From: an uncultured delta proteobacterium
Lineage (GTDB): Bacteria; Desulfobacterota; RBG-13-43-22
DNA: 64,000 nucleotides
Assembly (NCBI GenBank): GCA_963711835.1
Contig: CAVQFQ010000004.1
Coordinates: forward strand, 384,001-448,000
Direction of reading: 5' to 3'
Part shown: in pieces, positions 1 to 9,150 of the stretch
Numbering within the stretch: position 1 is the first letter of the stretch
How the letters are laid out: every line of letters begins with the position of its first letter
The notes under the pieces: generated by a model
Databases searched by the model: none
What the model saw: only the letters and a program-made list of their open reading frames with translations
What the model was told of the DNA's origin: nothing
Made by a program: the position numbers and the translations under genes

Positions 1-2
1 GC

Positions 3-392
3 ACCGTAGCGGCGGCCATTGAACAGCAACATGACCAGGACGGCATCATCTGGCCCATGGCCCTGGCCCCCTTCCAGGTGATCCTCAGTCCGGTGGAATG
101 GAAGCCCGGAAGCCCGGTTACGGAGGCGGCGGCCTCGCTTTATGAATCTCTGAGGCGGGAGGGGGTAGAGGTCCTCTTGGATGACCGGGATGAACGACCG
201 GGCATCAAGTTCAAAGACGCCGACCTGATCGGGATCCCCATCCGGGTAACCATTGGCCCAAAGGGGCTTTCCGAGGGAAAAGTGGAAATCCGCCGGCGCC
301 GTTCGAAGGAGACTATCCTGGTGGACAAGGATCAGGCCCTGGCCTCTATAAAAGGGATTATTGCTGAGGCCCTGGAACCCTCGACCCCATAA
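3..392 (+). CDS. proS: Prolyl-tRNA synthetase, C-terminal part (5' truncated by window)
   Basis: Frame open from nt 3: TVAAAIEQQHDQDGIIWPMALAPFQV...VLLDDRDERPGIKFKDADLIGIPIRVTIG, the ProRS anticodon-binding domain. Confidence 0.95.
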   Translation, partial: TVAAAIEQQHDQDGIIWPMALAPFQVILSPVEWKPGSPVTEAAASLYESLRREGVEVLLDDRDERPGIKFKDADLIGIPIRVTIGPKGLSEGKVEIRRRRSKETILVDKDQALASIKGIIAEALEPSTP

Positions 393-414
393 ACCCATGA
401 CCCCTTAGCCCTTC

Positions 415-2565
415 ATGATCCGCATCAATACCATCATCGATCAGATCTTGTCCTATTGGCCCCAGGCCAATATCGATCTGATCGAAAAAGCCTATGTCTT
501 CTCGGCCAAAGTGCACGAGGGGCAGGTCCGGCTTTCCGGTGAAGCCTACCTTTCTCATCCCCTGGAAGTGGCCTGGCTGCTGACCCAGATGAATATGGAC
601 CTGATTACGATTGCCGCCGGCCTGCTCCACGATACCATTGAGGACACCCTGGCCACCCCGGAAATGATCAGAGAAAAATTCGGCCCCGAGGTCCTCGGCA
701 TCGTCAACGGGGTCACCAAAATAAGCGCCATTCATTTCCAGAGCCAGGAGGAAAGGCAGGCCGAAAATATCCGCAAGATGATCCTGGCCATGTCCGACGA
801 TATTCGGGTGATCCTGGTCAAGCTGGCCGACCGCCTGCACAACCTGCGGACCCTGGGCTATCATCCCCTTGAGAAACAAAGGAACATCGCCCAGGAAACC
901 CTCGATATTTACGCCCCGCTTGCTGCCCGACTGGGCATGCATCGTATCCAATCCGAACTGGAAGACCTCTGCCTTTATTATCTCGAACCGGAGGCTTACC
1001 AGATCATCAAAGCAGGCGTGGCCAGCAACCGGGAGGAGCGGGAGCGCACCATTCGGGAAGTCAAAGAAATCCTCCAGAAAAAAATGGACTCGGAGGGACT
1101 TTCGGCCCGGGTGGAGGGCAGACCCAAGCATTTTTACAGCATCTACCGAAAAACCATCACCCAGAACCTCGATATCAGCCAGTTGTATGATCTGATTGCC
1201 TTTCGGGTCATCGTCAAAGAGGTGGCCGAATGCTACGAGGCCCTGGGTCATATCCACTCCCTTTGGAAGCCTATTCCCGGAAAATTTAAAGACTACGTCA
1301 GCCTGCCCAAGGCCAACCACTATCAATCCCTGCACACCAAAGTGATCGGCCCGGTCGGAGAACGGATCGAGATCCAGATTCGGACCGAGGAGATGCACCG
1401 GGCAGCCGAAGAAGGGATCGCTTCCCACTGGCAATACAAGGAAGGCCAGTCCCCGGATGAAACCGACGCCAAAAAATTTAGCTGGGTGCGCCAGCTCCTC
1501 GAATCCCAGAAGGAAGTCAAAGACCCTAAGGAGTTTCTGGAATCGGTCCGGATTGATCTCTTTCCCGACGAAGTCTACGTATTTACCCCCGCGGGGGACG
1601 TCAAGATGTTGCCCAAGGGATCCACCCCCATTGATTTTGCCTATGCCATCCACAGCGATGTGGGACACCACTGCACCGGGGCCCGGGTCAATAAAAAAAT
1701 GGTCCCCTTGCGTCATGTCCTGCAACACGGCGACCTGGTGGAAGTCATCACGTCAGCCGGACACCTGCCCAGTAAGGATTGGTTGAAGATCGTCAAAACG
1801 TCTAAGGCCAAAAACCGGATCAGGCAGTGGATCAAGACCGAGGAACGAAAACGCAGTATTGATATCGGCAAGGATTTATTGGAAAAGGAAATCCGCAAGA
1901 GTCCGCTGAATCTGGCCCAGCAGATGAAGGGCGAAGCCTTGCTGCAGGTCGCTCAGGATCTTTCGTTTCAACGGCTGGAGGACCTTTTGGCCGGCATCGG
2001 CTTCGGTAAAATTTCACCCCGGCAGATCATAAACCGCCTGCTGCCGAAGGAGGAGGCCGAAGAGAAAAAAGAAGCCCCAGGCCCCCCCCTGATTCGGAAA
2101 AAACAGGGGAAGAAACAGGGGGGGGTCTTGATTAAGGGGATTCATGACGTCATGACCCGCTTTGGCAAATGCTGCAACCCGCTTCCCGGCGATCCCATTC
2201 TGGGCTTTATTACCCGAGGCCGGGGCATTACCGTACACGCCCGGGCCTGCCCCCAGGCCGCCCTGGAAGACCCGGAGAGGCTGGTGGAGGTCCAGTGGGA
2301 TTTGTCCGAGAAGCAGTTCTATCCGGTCAAGATTGAAATTTGGTCCAACGACAAAAAAGGGATGCTGGCCGAGGTCAGCAGCACCATCGCCTCGGCCGAG
2401 TCCAACATCCTAAAGGCGGACGTCTTAACGACTACCGACAGGAAGGGTTATCTCCAATTTATCATCGAAGTGACGGACACCCGCCATTTACAAACCGTCA
2501 TGTCCAGCCTGAAAAAAATCAAAGGCGTCCTGACCGTCACCCGTTCCTTCGAAAAGCTGGTCTAA
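415..2565 (+). CDS. relA: Bifunctional (p)ppGpp synthetase/hydrolase (Rel/SpoT)
   Basis: HD motif LLHDTIED, VKLADRLHN, YQSLHT and EIQIRT synthetase motifs, TGS (TPIDFAYAIHSDVG), CC-NP-PGD and ACT domains. Confidence 0.95.
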   Translation: MIRINTIIDQILSYWPQANIDLIEKAYVFSAKVHEGQVRLSGEAYLSHPLEVAWLLTQMNMDLITIAAGLLHDTIEDTLATPEMIREKFGPEVLGIVNGVTKISAIHFQSQEERQAENIRKMILAMSDDIRVILVKLADRLHNLRTLGYHPLEKQRNIAQETLDIYAPLAARLGMHRIQSELEDLCLYYLEPEAYQIIKAGVASNREERERTIREVKEILQKKMDSEGLSARVEGRPKHFYSIYRKTITQNLDISQLYDLIAFRVIVKEVAECYEALGHIHSLWKPIPGKFKDYVSLPKANHYQSLHTKVIGPVGERIEIQIRTEEMHRAAEEGIASHWQYKEGQSPDETDAKKFSWVRQLLESQKEVKDPKEFLESVRIDLFPDEVYVFTPAGDVKMLPKGSTPIDFAYAIHSDVGHHCTGARVNKKMVPLRHVLQHGDLVEVITSAGHLPSKDWLKIVKTSKAKNRIRQWIKTEERKRSIDIGKDLLEKEIRKSPLNLAQQMKGEALLQVAQDLSFQRLEDLLAGIGFGKISPRQIINRLLPKEEAEEKKEAPGPPLIRKKQGKKQGGVLIKGIHDVMTRFGKCCNPLPGDPILGFITRGRGITVHARACPQAALEDPERLVEVQWDLSEKQFYPVKIEIWSNDKKGMLAEVSSTIASAESNILKADVLTTTDRKGYLQFIIEVTDTRHLQTVMSSLKKIKGVLTVTRSFEKLV

Positions 2566-2591
2566 AAGAAGGCCCCATGACCTTAGCGGAA
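2468..2591 (+). repeat. Direct repeat copy 1: rel 3' end plus start of next gene
   Basis: AAGTGACGGACACCCGCCATTT...CCTTAGCGGAA recurs at 11659-11783. Confidence 0.9.
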
Positions 2592-2637
2592 ATTCCAGGG
2601 ACCGCCTCCCCTGCTCGTCGAACGTCATCTCCACCGG

Positions 2638-3645
2638 ATGACCATCACCCTCAATCGTCCCCACCTTATTAATGCCCTTTCCTTGGAGATGATCCGGGAT
2701 TTTCAAATCGCCCTGGATGAGGCTGAAAACGAAGCCGACCTTCAGTTTGTGCTGCTCCTGGGGAATGGAGCCAGGGGATTTTGTGCCGGAGGCGACCTGA
2801 GGGCCCTGGCGGAGGCGGTAAGACGAAAAGATTTTGAAGAGGCCGATCGGTTTTTTAAGCAGGAATATGCCCTGGATTTGAGTATCCATCGCTTTTCCAA
2901 ACCCATCATTGTCCTGGCCGACGGGATTACCATGGGAGGCGGGCTGGGGCTGAGCGCCGGTGCGGATATCGTAGTCGCCACTGAAAACTCCCGCATGGCC
3001 ATGCCTGAAACCCAAATTGGCTTTTTCCCTGATGTCGGCGCCAGCCGCTGGCTCTTTGACAAGTGCCCCGGCGGCTATCCGGAATTCCTGGGACTGACGG
3101 GCTATGAATTGATCGGGGCAGAATGTGTCCGGGTCGGGCTGGCATCGGTTCTGGTTCAGGCCGGCCGCTTGGCGAAAGTCAGGGAAAAATTGGAGGGTTT
3201 TTCGGGAAGGTTGGCCAAGGATAAAAAAGAAGCCGTATTGCAGCTTTGGGATCTTATCAACCCATTTGTTGACCCGGTTATTACACAAAGGCCGGAAATG
3301 GATCGCTGGGTGGCCGCCCATTTTTCGGGGAAGAAATCTCTTCAAAAGATCAAGGCCTCTCTATCGCAAGACCCTTTACACCATCCCTTAAGTCTCGATG
3401 CCCTCCAGCGTTTAGAGGAACGCTCCCCGACGGCCCTGGTCCTGACCCTGGAACTGCTTCGCCTCAATCAAAGGCGCCCTTTGGAGGAGGCTTTCGCCGT
3501 AGAAGCCGGGGCGGCCCATTTTATCATCCAACACCCCGACTACCTGGAAGGCATTCGGGCCCGCCTCCTGGATCGGGACAACCGTCCCCGCTGGCAACCC
3601 TCCCGAATAGAAGAAGTGCCGCCCCTGAAGAAAATTTTTTTATAA
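2638..3645 (+). CDS. Enoyl-CoA hydratase/isomerase family, 3-hydroxyisobutyryl-CoA hydrolase-like
   Basis: ITLNRP..NAL, FCAGGDL, DGITMGGGLG, AMPETQIGFFPDVG, DYLEGIRA. True start may be ATG 2577 with a 1-nt indel, since upstream in-frame codons read PLLVERHLHR. Confidence 0.85.
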   Translation: MTITLNRPHLINALSLEMIRDFQIALDEAENEADLQFVLLLGNGARGFCAGGDLRALAEAVRRKDFEEADRFFKQEYALDLSIHRFSKPIIVLADGITMGGGLGLSAGADIVVATENSRMAMPETQIGFFPDVGASRWLFDKCPGGYPEFLGLTGYELIGAECVRVGLASVLVQAGRLAKVREKLEGFSGRLAKDKKEAVLQLWDLINPFVDPVITQRPEMDRWVAAHFSGKKSLQKIKASLSQDPLHHPLSLDALQRLEERSPTALVLTLELLRLNQRRPLEEAFAVEAGAAHFIIQHPDYLEGIRARLLDRDNRPRWQPSRIEEVPPLKKIFL

Positions 3646-3860
3646 TATTTTTGCCCGGCCGACACTGGCCAGATCAGCCCCCTTTCACAAGGCGAAAAAT
3701 ACTCAGTGTCTCTAAGATCCCAGGTCCTCCCGAACAGGTCCATCCGGATATCTGGTACCCTATCCTCCCCATTTAAAGGCTCAGCAAGGCAGTCCAAATA
3801 AGTTCACTCAGCAACAACGTTCCCCTCCGACTATTATGGGTCTGATTGGGTTGTATTCTA

Positions 3861-4220
3861 TTATTTCTTGTCTTTCTTTCCCTCGGATTTGGTCTTCTTC
3901 TCCGATTTTTCTTTTTCCCCTTTCTTTCCCTGCACTTCTACTTTGGCCTCTTTCCTTGATTCTTTCTTGGCGTTCTTCCCAGATGCCAGCTTTTCAGCCT
4001 TCGCTTGCGCCAGATCCAGGTCTTGTTTCTCCTGATCGGCAATGCGGGCCACCCGAAAATCAGCTTTTCTCACTTCAGCCTTCAGCTTTCGTACTATAAC
4101 ATTTTTCTTGATATCGTCGTTCTTGAGCCCTTTCTCCTTCAGAAAAGCCCGCTGGGCGTCAAGATTTTTCAGGGCACTCTTCTTTTGATTTTCCACGTTG
4201 ATCTTGGCTCTAATATCCAT
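3861..4220 (-). CDS. Lysine-rich hypothetical protein
   Basis: 119 aa ORF with GAAGGAGG RBS; basic and coiled-coil-like. Confidence 0.6.
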   Translation of the reverse strand: MDIRAKINVENQKKSALKNLDAQRAFLKEKGLKNDDIKKNVIVRKLKAEVRKADFRVARIADQEKQDLDLAQAKAEKLASGKNAKKESRKEAKVEVQGKKGEKEKSEKKTKSEGKKDKK

Positions 4221-4519
4221 TCAGTTCCCTCCTTCAATAGAAATAGTGTTTTAATTTATTCAATCAATTTAACCTGCTGAACATGATGGCGAAAGTATTG
4301 GCATAAGGCAAGTTGTAGATCCCGAGCTATTCGAGGGAGGTCCGCCCCTGACCTGATCCGGGGGAATCCAGGGAATTTATGTTTACCTCGATGTTGCAAA
4401 AGCCGAGGATGCTTAAGAATTTTCTTTGATGGGAAGAGTATAAGGCAAGAAAAAGACCGGGGCAAGGAGAAAAGCAGGTCGAAAGTTAAGGGGACGAAGG
4501 ACGTATTCTTCTCCATTCA

Positions 4520-4640
4520 TGCAGGAATCAAAAAACCTTCTTCGGGCCGGGGTGGCCTGGTCTAACGATTCGATCCTTTCGGGCTCTCTTCGGGCCATAC
4601 AATACCAATTCAACTAATTTAAGAACGTCCCGGTCTCCAT
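4520..4640 (-). repeat. Array unit 1: diverged NERD/helicase 5' stub plus upstream motif
   Basis: ATG 4598 reads MARREPERIESLDQATP (compare MARMHPEDIEGLESATE); AATTTAAGAACGTCCCGGTCTCCAT at 4616-4640 on + strand. Confidence 0.7.
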
Positions 4641-4756
4641 TTAATTTTTCCCATAGTCCCCTTGGTCTGATTCCAGATACCGATTAACAAGTAATGCAAC
4701 TTAGAACCAACATCCCACCCTACGACCTGCGTTATATTTCGGAGCGGAGCTCCGTT

Positions 4757-5137
4757 TTAGTCTACTACCTCAATATCAGTGTCCGTTTGATATTCCCTTA
4801 TCCGGTTTTTCTGAATAATCCAGAGTTTCCCTTGAATATCTTTTTCCCCCAGGGCAACCAATAGGGTCCGGCAAAGAATGAGCAAATCGCTATAGCTTGG
4901 GCGGGAGAAGGCGAAAAACCGCAATCCCATAATATGATTTGGAGGAAAAAGTAAAGGATTGGCAAAATCCAGATCCAACGTAACCATACATCGTTTTTCG
5001 GATTGGCAGACGGAAACAACTTTTTTATCAGGAGACCCGGCCATCCCCTGGCTGATCACCGATTCGGTGTTGTGTCCGGCCTGACGAAATATTTCCGCCG
5101 CCGCCTTGCTAAGATTTTCATCCAGTTTTAACTTCAT
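4757..5137 (-). CDS. DUF5615 (Mut7-C-like) PIN-domain toxin
   Basis: MKLKLDENLS...VTLDLDF; overlaps the DUF433 gene; possible compensated internal frameshift (YYGIAVFRL in another frame). Confidence 0.8.
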   Translation of the reverse strand: MKLKLDENLSKAAAEIFRQAGHNTESVISQGMAGSPDKKVVSVCQSEKRCMVTLDLDFANPLLFPPNHIMGLRFFAFSRPSYSDLLILCRTLLVALGEKDIQGKLWIIQKNRIREYQTDTDIEVVD

Positions 5138-5385
5138 TGCCGAACCTCTATGGGATATTCAAAGTAGCGTTCGCGTGCCATCTCCGCCCCATAGGCAATG
5201 CAGGCCAGGATATCCTCTTCCTCCAAGTCATATTCCTTCATGATTTCTTCGATTTTCATTCCGCCGGCCAGGAAGTCAAGGATCAACGACACCCAAATTC
5301 TCCGGCCACGGATACAGGGCTTTCCAAAGCAAATCTCGGGATGGATGGTAATTCTTGAAAGCAGTTCTTCCTTAGTCATGATCAT
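5134..5385 (-). CDS. DUF433 family antitoxin
   Basis: RITIHPEICFGKPCIRGRRIWVSLILDFLAGG...EDILACIAY. Confidence 0.9.
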   Translation of the reverse strand: MIMTKEELLSRITIHPEICFGKPCIRGRRIWVSLILDFLAGGMKIEEIMKEYDLEEEDILACIAYGAEMARERYFEYPIEVRQ

Positions 5386-5501
5386 ACCTCCTCTTCCCGA
5401 ATTTCTTTATCGGAGAAGAAATAGAATTTAATAACAAAACACCGTTTCTGCCGGCCAGGTGTAATAAAACCTCCTCATTTCCTGACTTATCCAAATTATA
5501 A

Positions 5502-5814
5502 CAGAAAACCGAGGTTATTTCCGAATAATTCTACCGGTTGGCAACCGCTCAGGCAATTCTTCCGCCCGGGCGGCCCGCACCACCGCGGAAGTAGTCAGGC
5601 CGAGGAACCGGGCCACGGCCGCAGCGGGATACCCCATCTCACCCACAGAGGCTCGACTAAACGCTCTTCGGGCTTCAGAAACCTTCCGCTTCCCGGAGGA
5701 AACGAAAAACCTTCCTTTCGCCCTCGGTGGGGCTTTCCAATCCTTCGATATCCTCGGGGTGCATGCGGGCCATGTCAATTTAATTCCACGTATTCAAAAC
5801 CGTCTGGATTCCAT
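5502..5814 (-). repeat. Array unit 2: NERD stub fused to RAYT-like transposase C-terminal fragment
   Basis: ~290 bp near-identical to 7080-7368; ATG 5773 MARMHPEDIEGLES, then in another frame KRKVSEARRAFSRASVGEMGYPAAAVARFLGLTTSAVVRA; variant motif at 5793-5814. Confidence 0.85.
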
Positions 5815-5891
5815 CGCCTGTAAATTTGTGCTAAAGGGAGAGGCTGGTCTTTAATTATCTTGAGGATATTTGAAAGCCCGGTCCCACTGCT

Positions 5892-6221
5892 CTAAATTTC
5901 AAGCCAAAGGCGCAAGGAACCGTCCAACTGATTTGCATCATTAAGGGAAAGTTTTCCGAGGGTTTTTAAAATCAGACCACTGTCAATGGTATAAAGGCCC
6001 CTTTTGACAGCCGTGGGAACATTCAGGCCCGAATTCCTCCAGCCCGATAAAACAAATTCTCCAGATAATAACGACAAAAGCCTGCTGGTAAGGGGAACGA
6101 TGAATAAATCTTTGGATTCCTCCTGGGTGCCCACGATAACTGCCGGTCTTACTTTTGAATTTGATAGATCTGAAAAGGGATACCTGACCAGAACAACCGC
6201 AGACTTAGAGAAGTTTGGCAT
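5892..6221 (-). CDS. mazF: MazF/PemK family toxin
   Basis: VVLVRYPFSDLSNSKVRPAVIV...IVPLTS; ATG 6221 overlaps the antitoxin end. Confidence 0.9.
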   Translation of the reverse strand: MPNFSKSAVVLVRYPFSDLSNSKVRPAVIVGTQEESKDLFIVPLTSRLLSLLSGEFVLSGWRNSGLNVPTAVKRGLYTIDSGLILKTLGKLSLNDANQLDGSLRLWLEI

Positions 6222-6405
6222 AGACCTCATCCTCAAGATTATTCCATATCTTATCTAAAGAAGGTTGGCTGACGGTCTGCCAGAATTTTGTGGCGGAATC
6301 ACTCGGGAGGACGGTGACCAAGACCTCTGTACCTTCCGGAAGGTCTGTCTCTTCCAGAAGCACCACTTTCTTTTCACGAACAACGGCTTTGAAGGTACTT
6401 AACAT
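6205..6405 (-). CDS. Putative antitoxin (AF2212/DUF104-like) paired with MazF
   Basis: MLSTFKAVVREKKVVLLEETDLPEGTEVLVT...SLDKIWNNLEDEVYAKL; AAGGAG RBS before ATG 6405. Confidence 0.75.
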   Translation of the reverse strand: MLSTFKAVVREKKVVLLEETDLPEGTEVLVTVLPSDSATKFWQTVSQPSLDKIWNNLEDEVYAKLL

Positions 6406-6529
6406 AACTTTCTCCTTAAAATTGTATCGAGCGGTTTCTCTTGCCAAGGTGTTGACCCACAAATAGAGGGATGTCTGTTCGACAACTTCCACGGATTGAA
6501 GTTTATTTTAGCCTGTTTTATCTATTTTT

Positions 6530-6783
6530 GAAAGAACGAAGTCGGGTTCCTTGCCCTGTTCCCCGATGGTTGGCTCATACCAGGCTATGAAATCCCTGTC
6601 TGGCCGGGTCGTTTCTCGAAGAAATCGAAAGACCTTCCGCTCGCCCTCGGTGGCGCTTTCCAGGCCTTCGATATCCTCGGGGTGCATGCGGGCCATATCA
6701 ATTTAATTCCACGGAAACAAGAACGTCTCGGTCTCTATGCTAATTTCTTCTGCACTCTCAGAACGAACGTCCCCAATTCCACG
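6530..6783 (-). repeat. Array unit 3: longest NERD-domain 5' stub plus upstream motifs
   Basis: MARMHPEDIEGLESATEGERKVFRFLRETTRPDRDFIAWYEPTIGEQGKEPDFVL resembles a NERD nuclease N-terminus; AAGAACGTCTCGGTCTCTAT 6719-6738 and GAACGTCCCC 6765-6774. Confidence 0.85.
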
Positions 6784-6784
6784 A

Positions 6785-7042
6785 TTAATCTGCATCTCTA
6801 AGCTCTTTCTCTACCTCATCGGCCGTGTACTGAAAAGGCGAAACTTCAAACCGGGCCAGAGAAAAAATAAAGTCAGCCCTGCTGACCCCGGCTACCTCAG
6901 CGGCCTTTTCCTGGGATATTATTCCCATTTCATACCACTTGACGGCGGCTGCCAGGCGCATTTCGGCCGCAAACTCCGAGGGACTTTTCCTTATGGCGGA
7001 AAAAGCGGTTTCGGGCATATCTATCTGTAAAACAACGGACAT
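6785..7042 (-). CDS. UPF0175 family antitoxin (orphan)
   Basis: EMRLAAAVKWYEMGIISQEKAAEVAGVSRADF; GGGAGG RBS. Confidence 0.85.
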   Translation of the reverse strand: MSVVLQIDMPETAFSAIRKSPSEFAAEMRLAAAVKWYEMGIISQEKAAEVAGVSRADFIFSLARFEVSPFQYTADEVEKELRDAD

Positions 7043-7079
7043 AAATCACCTCCCATAGCCTGAATAGCCTTGATTATAC

Positions 7080-7422
7080 CAGAAAGCCGAGGTTATTTCC
7101 GAATAATTCTACCCGGTGGGCAACCGGCCAGGCAATTCTTCCGCCCGGGCGGCCTGCACCACCGCGGAAGTAGTCAGGCTGAGGAACCGGGCCACGGCCG
7201 CGCGGGATACCCCATCTCACCCACAGAGGCTCGACTAAACGCTCTTCGGGCTTCAGAAACCTTCCGCTTCCCGGAGGAAACGAAAGACCTTCCTTTCGCC
7301 CTCGGTGGGGCTTTCCAAGCCTTCGATATCCTCGGGGTGCATGCGGGCCATGTCAATTTAATTCCACGAATTTAAGAACGTCTTTGGTTCCATAAGTTCA
7401 CTCAGTACTTACGTCCCCTCCG
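7080..7422 (-). repeat. Array unit 4: NERD stub plus RAYT-like tail and upstream motifs
   Basis: Copy of 5502-5790; ATG 7351; AATTTAAGAACGTCTTTGG at 7369, and ATAAGTTCACTCAG..ACGTCCCCTCCG at 7392-7422 which also occurs at 3798-3829. Confidence 0.85.
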
Positions 7423-7541
7423 TTTCAAAAATCAGGTGAAAAAAGGACCTAACGCAGAAGACTTGGCGAAAACTGGAGTGGGGTGATTTGGGCTGAGGCT
7501 TCATTACCATCACCAACGAATTGGTATGAGAAAAGGGATTG

Positions 7542-7570
7542 TTGACAGAAGCATCGCGTTCAAGGATAAT
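7542..7570 (+). promoter_or_regulatory. Sigma-70-type promoter of the TA pair
   Basis: TTGACA-17 nt-GATAAT. Confidence 0.6.
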
Positions 7571-7604
7571 CACAAAAATGAGCCGTTAAAAAGTGGAGGA
7601 TATT

Positions 7605-7820
7605 ATGAAAGCCGTAAAACGTAAAGTGACGGATATGACAGTAGACGAACTGAAGGGTGTCATCCATGAAGTGATCGCCGAAGACATGGAGGCCTGGCGA
7701 GAAACCTATGAAATCATGGCGGACAGCAAACTCATGAATCAGATCCGACAGGCGGACCGGGACCGGGCAGTCGGCAAAAAAGGCTCCTTCATCGCCTGGG
7801 ACAAGCTGAAAAATGCCTAA
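7605..7820 (+). CDS. Putative antitoxin
   Basis: GGAGG RBS before ATG 7605; AWRETYEIMADSKLMNQIRQA; overlaps the RelE gene. Confidence 0.75.
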   Translation: MKAVKRKVTDMTVDELKGVIHEVIAEDMEAWRETYEIMADSKLMNQIRQADRDRAVGKKGSFIAWDKLKNA

Positions 7821-8073
7821 GATCATTCTCCATCGGAACGCAGCCAAATTCTACCGGAATGCCGACGAAGTTCTTAAGAACAGAATTGTGAATGCCGTTG
7901 ACGCCATGGCCCGGAATCCCCGCCTGGACGGACCTATCAAGAAATTGAAAGGGGAACTCAAGCACCTGTATCGCTTCCGTATAGGCGATCTGCGCATCCT
8001 GTACGAGATAGACGATTCTGAAGATACCGTATGGGTCAAAACAATCGAATGGAGAGGATCGGCATACAAATGA
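7813..8073 (+). CDS. RelE/ParE family toxin
   Basis: IKKLKGELKHLYRFRIGDLRILYEID...IEWRGSAYK. Confidence 0.9.
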   Translation: MPKIILHRNAAKFYRNADEVLKNRIVNAVDAMARNPRLDGPIKKLKGELKHLYRFRIGDLRILYEIDDSEDTVWVKTIEWRGSAYK

Positions 8074-8113
8074 ATATGCTTGTGTGGGTTAAACCAAGTT
8101 AAAAAGTAAAATG

Positions 8114-8278
8114 GGAGGAAACGAAAGACCTTCCGTTCGCCCTCGGTGGCGCTTTCCAGGCCTTCGATATCCTCAGGGTGCATGCGGGCCATATCAATTT
8201 AATTCCACGAATTCAAGAACGTCCCAGTCTCTATGCTAATTTCTTCTGCACTCTCGGAACGAACGCCCCCGATTCCAC
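8114..8278 (-). repeat. Array unit 5: NERD stub plus upstream motifs
   Basis: Near-identical to ~6625-6783; ATG 8192; AAGAACGTCCCAGTCTCTAT 8215-8234 and GAACGCCCCC 8261-8270. Confidence 0.85.
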
Positions 8279-8298
8279 TTTATCCTTTTAAGATTGTA

Positions 8299-9010
8299 TT
8301 ACACACGTAGATCATCCAGGAATTCTGATGGGTTATCGCTGCTTGTAACCAGAAGATGATCCCGGGCACGGGTACAGGCTACGTAAAGCAAGTGGCGCTC
8401 AGTGTCATAGACCTCTTGTAGGTCCGAGTCATCGGCCACCGTTTCGATGCGCGTTTGTGAGGGAATAACCTCGTCGTCGCAGGCCATAACGACAACGGCT
8501 CGGAACTCCATCCCTTTTGCAAGATGCATAGTGCAGATTGCAATATGCCCGCTGGCTGTCTCAACCTTGTCATCGAGTATTTTATAGGGGATTTTAGATT
8601 TCTCCACGGCCGCCCGGGCTCTATCCAGCTCATTTTCAGATCGTACGAATAGGCCGATCTCATGGGGTGCGACTCCTTCGGCTCTTCGATCTTTAAGCCA
8701 CTGTCCGACTGCTTCTATTTCCTCTTTTTTACTAGCGAACGACATGATTATCGGTTCCGGCCCGTTGAATGCCGAAATTGTGCCCCGGCGGTCTTCCAGA
8801 TTACCGTCAACATCGGATAGTTCTGGACCTAAAAGTCGGTCGGCCTGTATTCGTGTCTGGTACGAGCGATGTCCGGTAGTTGATTTGGCAGATCTCCGGG
8901 AGCGCCCGCGGACATCAACGCCGAGAGCTTTCCAGGAAACCGCGTGGAAGATCCGTTTCCCAAGGTCACCGGCAAAGAAAAGACCGTTTGGGCTATTACC
9001 CCCCAGCGCA
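8299..9010 (-). pseudogene. UvrD-like SF1 helicase, C-terminal fragment
   Basis: TMHLAKGMEFRAV and ERHLLYVACTRARD motifs; upstream broken frames give LFFAGDLG, SWKALGVDVRGRS and INYRTS. Confidence 0.85.
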
Positions 9011-9150
9011 GAATCGGCGTGATGAATTCAGCACGACGGCGGCTCTGGATGATTTGCTGGGTCGGCTGGCCCTGGTCATCAAGCTCCCAGTGACAAACCG
9101 GGAAATGGTAGGGAGTTTAGGATCGGTTTTTCAAAAAATCGGTTTTCCAT
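9010..9150 (-). pseudogene. 5' fragment of type III restriction endonuclease (BPTD_3080-like Res subunit)
   Basis: ATG 9150: MENRFFEKPILNS-(fs)-YHFPVCHWELDDQGQPTQQIIQSRRRAEFITPI. Confidence 0.7.

Noticed and set aside
358-1728. 456 aa antisense ORF, and similar long antisense ORFs (2488-3345, 41836-42540, 53056-53751, 59846-60808)
   Set aside because: Shadows of well-supported genes on the opposite strand in GC-rich DNA; no motifs.
4520-8278. Array as CRISPR or classical integron/CALIN
   Set aside because: Repeats are 100-290 bp gene fragments with kb-scale spacers and there are no cas genes. Only isolated core-like heptamers (GTTATAT ~4731, ACCTAAC ~7447) occur, with no paired attC arms and no intI.
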